The notes under the pieces: generated by a model
What the model saw: the letters and a program-made list of their open reading frames with translations, nothing else
The model's database searches: none
Told to the model about the DNA's origin: nothing
Assembly (NCBI GenBank): GCA_010093815.1
Contig: ML996584.1
Origin: Pseudovirgaria hyperparasitica
Taxonomy: Eukaryota
Reading direction: 5' to 3' (one strand)
DNA length: 55,621 nt
Program-made: the position numbers and the translations under genes
Shown: positions 49,812-55,621 of the stretch, in pieces
Position numbering within the stretch: the stretch's first letter is position 1
How the letters are laid out: every line of letters starts with the position of its first letter

Positions 49812-50720
49812 TAGTAATCTATATATATTAATTAATAGAGTATACTAAGTATAATAACCTCTAATATATATATATATATATATAGTATACTAAATATAAT
49901 AATACTAATATATAGAGATATTATATATATATACTTAAAAACTCTTTAGAGATATAAGTATAGACTACTACTAGTAAATACTAATATACTAACTCTCTTT
50001 TTTATTAGTTAAGAATAGCCCTTAATTAATAACTATAGAGGTCTTAGATACTAATATACTCTAGCTTCTATTAGATATATCTCTAATACTAATATAGTAG
50101 AAATAGCTATATAGTAGAATATTCTAGAATAATTAAATCTCTATCTTAAAGACTATAAATAATTAAAAAATATAAGAATATAGATAGTTATAAGGAGTAC
50201 TAAATAGATTATAAGTCGAATAATAATCTATATATATTAATTAATAGAGTATACCAAGTATAATAATCTCTAATATATATATATATATATAGTATATAAG
50301 TGTCAGGCACGTGAGGAGCACGTGGCCTGCTAGTTGATTATACATGTGTGTAGCAGTCGTATATAAGCAGTGTGCTCCACCCTTGAAGTAGTAGCTTTAA
50401 GATTCGGTCCTTTTGGTATAGTTGGTTGGTGCGTAGAGCCCGTCTCCTTACAATAAGACGTAATAATACTAATATATAGAGATACTATATATATATACTT
50501 AAAAACTCTTTAAAGATATAAGTATAGACTACTACTACTAAACGCTAATATACTAACCCCCTTTTATTAGTTAAGGATAGCCCTTAACTAATAACTATAG
50601 AGGTCTTAGATATCGATATACCCTAGCTTTCGCTAGATATATCTCTAATCCTAGTATAGTAGAAACGGCTATATAGTAGAATATTCTAGAATAATTAAAC
50701 CCCTATCTAAAAAGTAATAA
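49812..50720 (+). repeat. Tandem direct duplication (period ~409 bp) at the 5' end of the LINE; second copy interrupted by the solo LTR
   Basis: AATCTATATATATTAATTAATAGAG at 49816 and 50225; copies stay collinear through ..GAATATTCTAGAATAATTAAA. Confidence 0.85.
50301..50452 (+). mobile_element. Solo LTR (152 bp) of the TRIM-like family, lightly mutated
   Basis: TGTCAGG...CCTTACA termini; 5-bp TSD ATAAG (50296-50300 and 50453-50457); two CACGTG boxes; TATATAA at 50360; reverse complement of the LTRs at 52535-53572. Confidence 0.92.
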
Positions 50721-52099
50721 ATAAGAATATAAAGTACTATAGATAAAGAAGAAAGAGAGAACTCTATCTAGAGATACTCTTCTAGATAAAATTAACTACT
50801 AGATAGTATATATAGAGAGGGAGGTTAAGAAAGATAAGACTACCCTTCTTAGTATCTTCTAGAGTCTAGTCTAGAATATTAAGAAGCTTACTATAAGAGT
50901 AAAATAAATACTAGAGATAAGTCTAGAATTAAGGTTAGACTAAATTAAGGCTAGCCTACTAAGAATCTAGAAAGGCCTTACCTAGAAAAAACGTCTATCT
51001 ATCTAGGCCTAAGTTATAGTATTACTAGATAGTATAACTAGAATAATCTAAATACTAAGAATATCTATAGAAGAAGTATATAGTATATAGATTACTATCT
51101 AGAATAAGAAAGTTCTTATATAGGTCTAAAAGGTATCTCTAAAGGATATTATTAATAAGATTAATAAATAAAAAGAGATATAGTTAAATATAGTTATAGC
51201 TAAACTTACTCTAGAAGGTATAATATTAACTACTACTACTAATATAGTCTAGTAGACTATCTTCTATAACCTAAATATAATTAATAATATCTTTTCTAGT
51301 ATCTCTATCTATACTAATATATATCTAATATAGATATATATAGTCTCTATCTAGGGATATATTATTAGTACTAATAATATTAAGTAAATAGAATAATCTA
51401 ATAAATAGAAGTACCCTAGAATTAAGATTATAAAGGTATAGTAGAAGAATATATAAGGGATTAAGGTAAAATTAAAAAAGTACTCTACTATAATAGTAGA
51501 GCTCTAAGACTCTACTCTTATCTATTAGATTATATAGAAAGACTTCTTAGCTAATAGGGAGTTACTTATAGTAGAACTATAGAATAAGGCTTAGATAATA
51601 ATCTAATACTTTAACTATTAGAGATATAGATATATAGAATAGAGATACTCTTAGAAGACTATCTATAGATAGTACTAATAGAACTATAGTATCTAGGAAT
51701 ACCTATATAAAGTCTAAGGGGACTATATATATAATAAAGATACTACTAAGTACTCTAACTATAATAGAAATTATCTATTATAGTTAGTAATATATATAAT
51801 ATAAAATATAAATAAGTTACTAAGTATATTAATACTATAAAGGTAAGAGAAGTAAGATAGATATAATAGACTATAAGACCTCTACTATCTATTCTAACTA
51901 TATCTATAAATATACTAACTAACTTATAAGAAGACGGGACTAATATATAATAGTATACTATATAGAGGAAGATAGGGTAACCCTAGAGTATTCTTAAGGT
52001 AGCTACTATATAGAGATAGTCATGTCTTAATACTACTAGTATATAGACTTAAGCGTTCCCTAGTATCTAATAAGAAGCTAAGATATATTTATTATTATA

Positions 52100-52447
52100 C
52101 TAGGGTGGCCTACGGCCGGTAGACTACGTGTAGTCTTAATTTAAGGTACTAAGGTACTAAGGTACGCTGGAAAATCCACGGCTAAGACGTGTAAATTTTT
52201 AAGCTACTACTAAACGCAATACTAGAGACTTATAAACCTATCTTATCTATAAGTATAGCCCTATAGAGGGTAAAAAGTATATAAAAATACTTATCGTAGA
52301 TAGGGCTATAAAACTAGAGACTAGATTTTTAAATTAGGGCCTAGTTAATTTAATATATTATAAAAGGTAGATTTTTTATCATGATTCTAGTGAGGGCGCT
52401 AGCGGGCGCTAGATAAAACATTATATCTTTTTATAATTCCTTTGGAA
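52100..52447 (-). mobile_element. RIP-mutated Helitron-like element (348 bp) inserted at the start of LINE ORF2
   Basis: Same termini as 37832..38203 (CTAGGGTGGCC.. / ..ATTCCTTTGGAA) with C>T/G>A changes. Excision at A|T gives ATA|TAG GCG AAT (I/V-Q-A-N after RIP reversal). Confidence 0.8.
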
Positions 52448-52534
52448 TAGGCGAATATATAATATAAATAAGCAAACTAGGCTATACTTCTAGAAGAGAT
52501 AGATACTATAATAATAGCTATCTAGAAGCTATAT

Positions 52535-53572
52535 TATAAGAAGATAGACTCTATATACTAACTAACTATACTAAAAGGACCGAATCTTAAAGCTACTACT
52601 TCAAGGGTGGAGTACACTACTTATATATAACTACTATATACATGTAATCGACTAGTAGACTACGTGCTTCTCACGTATCTAATAATATCTCCCCTTTTTA
52701 AAGGCGCGTGTCCTTATATATCGTAGGCATGTTACCTTATAAAAGATAAACTAAACTAGCCGTAATAGGCCTAGTATAAACTATATATACACCTAATTAA
52801 TATTTATAGTACCGCCTCTAGTACTAGACACGCTAACTTACTATAGTAACGTTACTACTATGTTATCTATTATATATAGAGTACGTAATATAGTAAGCTA
52901 AATAGAATTATATAAAATTTAATAATAGTTAACTAGACCAAGAGTTAAACCCGTAACCCTATAGTAGCTTTAAGATTATATAAGAAGATAGACTCTATAT
53001 ACTAACTAACTATACTAAAAGGACCGAATCTTAAAGCTACTACTTTAAGGGTGGAGTACACTACTTATATATAACTACTATATACATGTAATTAACTAGT
53101 AGGCCACGTGCTCCTTACGTATCTAATAATATCTCCCCTTTTTAAAGGCGTGTATTCTTATATATTATAGGTATGTTACCTTACAAAAGATAAACTAAAC
53201 TAGCCGTAACGGGCCTAGTATAAACCATGTACACACCTAATTAATATTCGTAGTACCGCCTCTAGTACTAGACACGCTAACTTACCGTAGTAATATTACT
53301 ACTATATTATTTATTACATATAGAGCACGTAACGTAGTAAGCTAAATAGAATTATATAAAATTTAATAATAGTTAACTAGACCGAGAGTTAAACCCGTAA
53401 CTCTATAGTAGCTTTAAGATTATATAAGAAGGTAGACTCTATATACTAACTAACTATACTAAAAGGACCGAATCTTAAAGCTACTACTTTAAGGATGGAG
53501 TACACTACTTATATATAACTACTATATACATGTAATTAACTAGTAGGCCACGTGCTTCTTACGTGCCTAATA
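52535..53572 (-). mobile_element. Tandem-array miniature LTR retrotransposon (TRIM-like): three 150-bp LTRs and two 294-bp internal regions
   Basis: LTRs at 52535-52684, 52979-53128 and 53423-53572 (period 444). TSD TATAT on both sides. Minus-strand PPT AAAAAGGGGAGATAT abuts each downstream LTR. No evident coding capacity. Confidence 0.88.
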
Positions 53573-55621
53573 TATATAAATACTACTAAACTAATAAACT
53601 AATAATATACCTAGAATACTATACTATCTACCCCCTAGACCTAGATAGAAGAGTTCTATTCTATATATATAAATCTATTCTACTCTTAGAATAGTTCTAT
53701 ATAGAATAGAATAACCTCTAGATAATACTATATCTCTAGATAGAAATAGGGCCTCTCTATATCTATAATATCTATAACTAGAGAGAATTACTTATACTAG
53801 ATACTATACTAGAGAGTATTATAGAACTAGAATAATATATTCTTCTAGATAACTTTAACCTCTACTATAGATAGTAGGGAGGCCTAATAGTTATTAGGGA
53901 AGAGCTTAGAGTAAGGGAACTATATATAAGATACTATAACCTTCTATATCTTCTTATACTAGTTAGATAAATTATATAGAGGAAATATAAGAAGGATAAG
54001 AAGAGATCTATACTTAACCTTACCCTTACTACGGAATATATAAGCTATAGAGTATAATATTACTACTCTAGTAAGATATAGATAGACTCTAACTATAAAT
54101 ATATAGAGACTATAATAGATATATCTATATCTAATAAATAATAGAAGAGATAGCTATAGAAAGATACTAACTAGAAGAAGTATAGAGAGGACCTAGAATT
54201 AGCGATTCTAGACCTCTCTATAATTAATATATCTAATAGCCTAGCCATAGATAGAGTCGTATAAGCTCTTCTTTAAGCCTTCTAAAACTTAAGAGATAAA
54301 TATATACTATACTAAATATATAAGCCCCTAGATATAAGAGATATACCTTAAATATATAAAAGTAGAAGAGAAGTCTAGAGACTATATATACGTGTATACT
54401 ATATCTAGATAACTAAAGTATAGAAGAAATAGAAAGAGATAATCTAATCTTATAATAGGACTCTCCGTAATAAATAATATAAATACTAGTATATAATTAC
54501 TAATAAATATATATACTAGGCTATAGGGCTATAGTATATAATAAAGTAGACTAAGAGCGTAGATATACTAACGCTACTACTACTACTACCTCCTCTAATA
54601 TACTAGGGAAGGATATATACTATAAGCTCTAAAAAGATAGAGATTCTCTAAGAAGTTATATTTCCCCCCCTAGAGCTAGTAGACCTATTAGATATTAATA
54701 ATAATATATATCTAGATATAGTTAATATCTCTATAGAGATTATAGAAGAAGATATACTTAATACTATTAAAGTACTCCCGAATAATAAAGCGTCTAGACT
54801 AGATAAAATACTAAATAGATACCTTAAATATACTATATAGATAATCTTACTACTTATTAGTCTTATCTTCTAGATATATACTAAGAACGGGTACTACCCC
54901 TAAAGCTTCTAGACTATCTATACTATTATACTTCTAAAGCTAGAGAAAAACTCTAACTCCCTAAAAGGATAGAGACTAATTACCCTTCTCTTCTATCTTA
55001 GTAAGATACTTAAGACTATAATCGCGAAGAAGATAAGTACTATAGTATAAGAATATAATCTTCTTCTAGCGAACTAGAAGGTAAAGACTAGAAGCTCTCT
55101 AATTACTACTATCTAATATATTCTTAAAGTTATCTAGACTATATAGAAGTAGAGACGCGTAGTAATATTACTCTCTCTTAATATAGCTAGTATATTTAAT
55201 AGGATAAACTATATAAGACTTATCTATAACCTATAGAAGAGATATATACCTAAATAGATTATAAAGTTTATATAGTCCTTCCTTATATAAGTTTTATATA
55301 TATAATAATCTTATAATCTATTATATATATAATATATAAGTTATATAGAATAAGAGTCTAGCTCTACTCTATTCTATTCTATAGAAGTATATTCTCTAGT
55401 ACTCTATAGACGAGTTCTAGTTCTATTCTACCTCTACTCTACTCTAGAGGTAACTAAGCTCTATTCTACTCTAGAAACTAGACTAGAATCTATAACTTCC
55501 TTAGAGACTATAGACTAGGAGACTTATATTAATATAAGCTAGTACTAGCTTATATTAGATTAAGTAGGAATCGGAAGTACATGGATAGAGATAATATATT
55601 AATTAATATATTAACTCTTAG

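Larger units (their letters stand above)
50222..55285 (+). mobile_element. RIP-inactivated Tad1-like LINE (ORF1 with zinc knuckles; ORF2 APE endonuclease + RT), interrupted by nested inserts; boundaries approximate
   Basis: Reverting RIP transitions gives IQCFNCQRYGHVEQRC (51601-51648) and KCSNCNGNHPSWSATC (51748-51795) in ORF1. ORF2 gives QAN..IAIQEP (52448-52531), ILLGDFNLHHRQWGG (53839-53883), DSDH (54085), KASGPDKIPN (54787), WRPITLL (54970) and LDIAGAFDRVNH (55177), all in one frame once the TRIM is removed. Confidence 0.85.
49230..55621. other. AT-rich RIP-mutated transposon block
   Basis: Abrupt GC drop; strong TpA excess with CpA/TpG near-absent; aligned repeat copies differ mostly by C>T/G>A changes. 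Confidence 0.95.

Noticed and set aside
49860..50295. (TA)n runs as telomeric or centromeric repeats
   Set aside because: No TTAGGG arrays; the runs are parts of the RIP-converted duplicated unit. A centromere cannot be judged from ~6 kb of AT-rich DNA.
52535..53572. Repeat-spacer-repeat pattern resembling a CRISPR array or satellite
   Set aside because: Repeats are 150 bp, the spacers are copies of each other, and LTR termini, PPT and TSD explain the structure; the host is a eukaryote with no cas genes here.

Overview
Eukaryotic DNA from a filamentous ascomycete (Pezizomycotina, probably Dothideomycete-like; inferred from short GT-AG introns with CTAAC branch points, gene content and RIP). 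Positions 1-~49230 are a gene-dense, roughly balanced-GC block with about 23 protein genes: proteasome alpha-1, WKF-domain protein, GPI-anchored PEBP-like protein, WASP/Las17, eIF1A, XPF/Rad1, two kinases, DUF1769, secreted nucleoside hydrolase, Zn2Cys6 factor, V-ATPase d, RS-extended Hub1, Arg5,6, synaptobrevin, GH76 Dcw1/Dfg5 and several orphans. From ~49230 to the end is an AT-rich, RIP-mutated transposon block. Reverting RIP transitions by eye shows a Tad1-like LINE (ORF1 zinc knuckles, APE endonuclease, RT motifs). Three small elements are nested in it: a 152-bp solo LTR with a 5-bp TSD, a ~350-bp Helitron-like element (with an un-RIPed sister copy in the HUB1-like promoter), and a tandem LTR-internal-LTR-internal-LTR miniature retrotransposon (TRIM-like). 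The TRIM-like element's primer-binding site is a perfect 16-nt complement of its own LTR just downstream of the TATA box, which suggests a tRNA-independent, self-priming miniature retroelement. This is the most notable observation. Gene names come from motif recognition only; no database searches were run.
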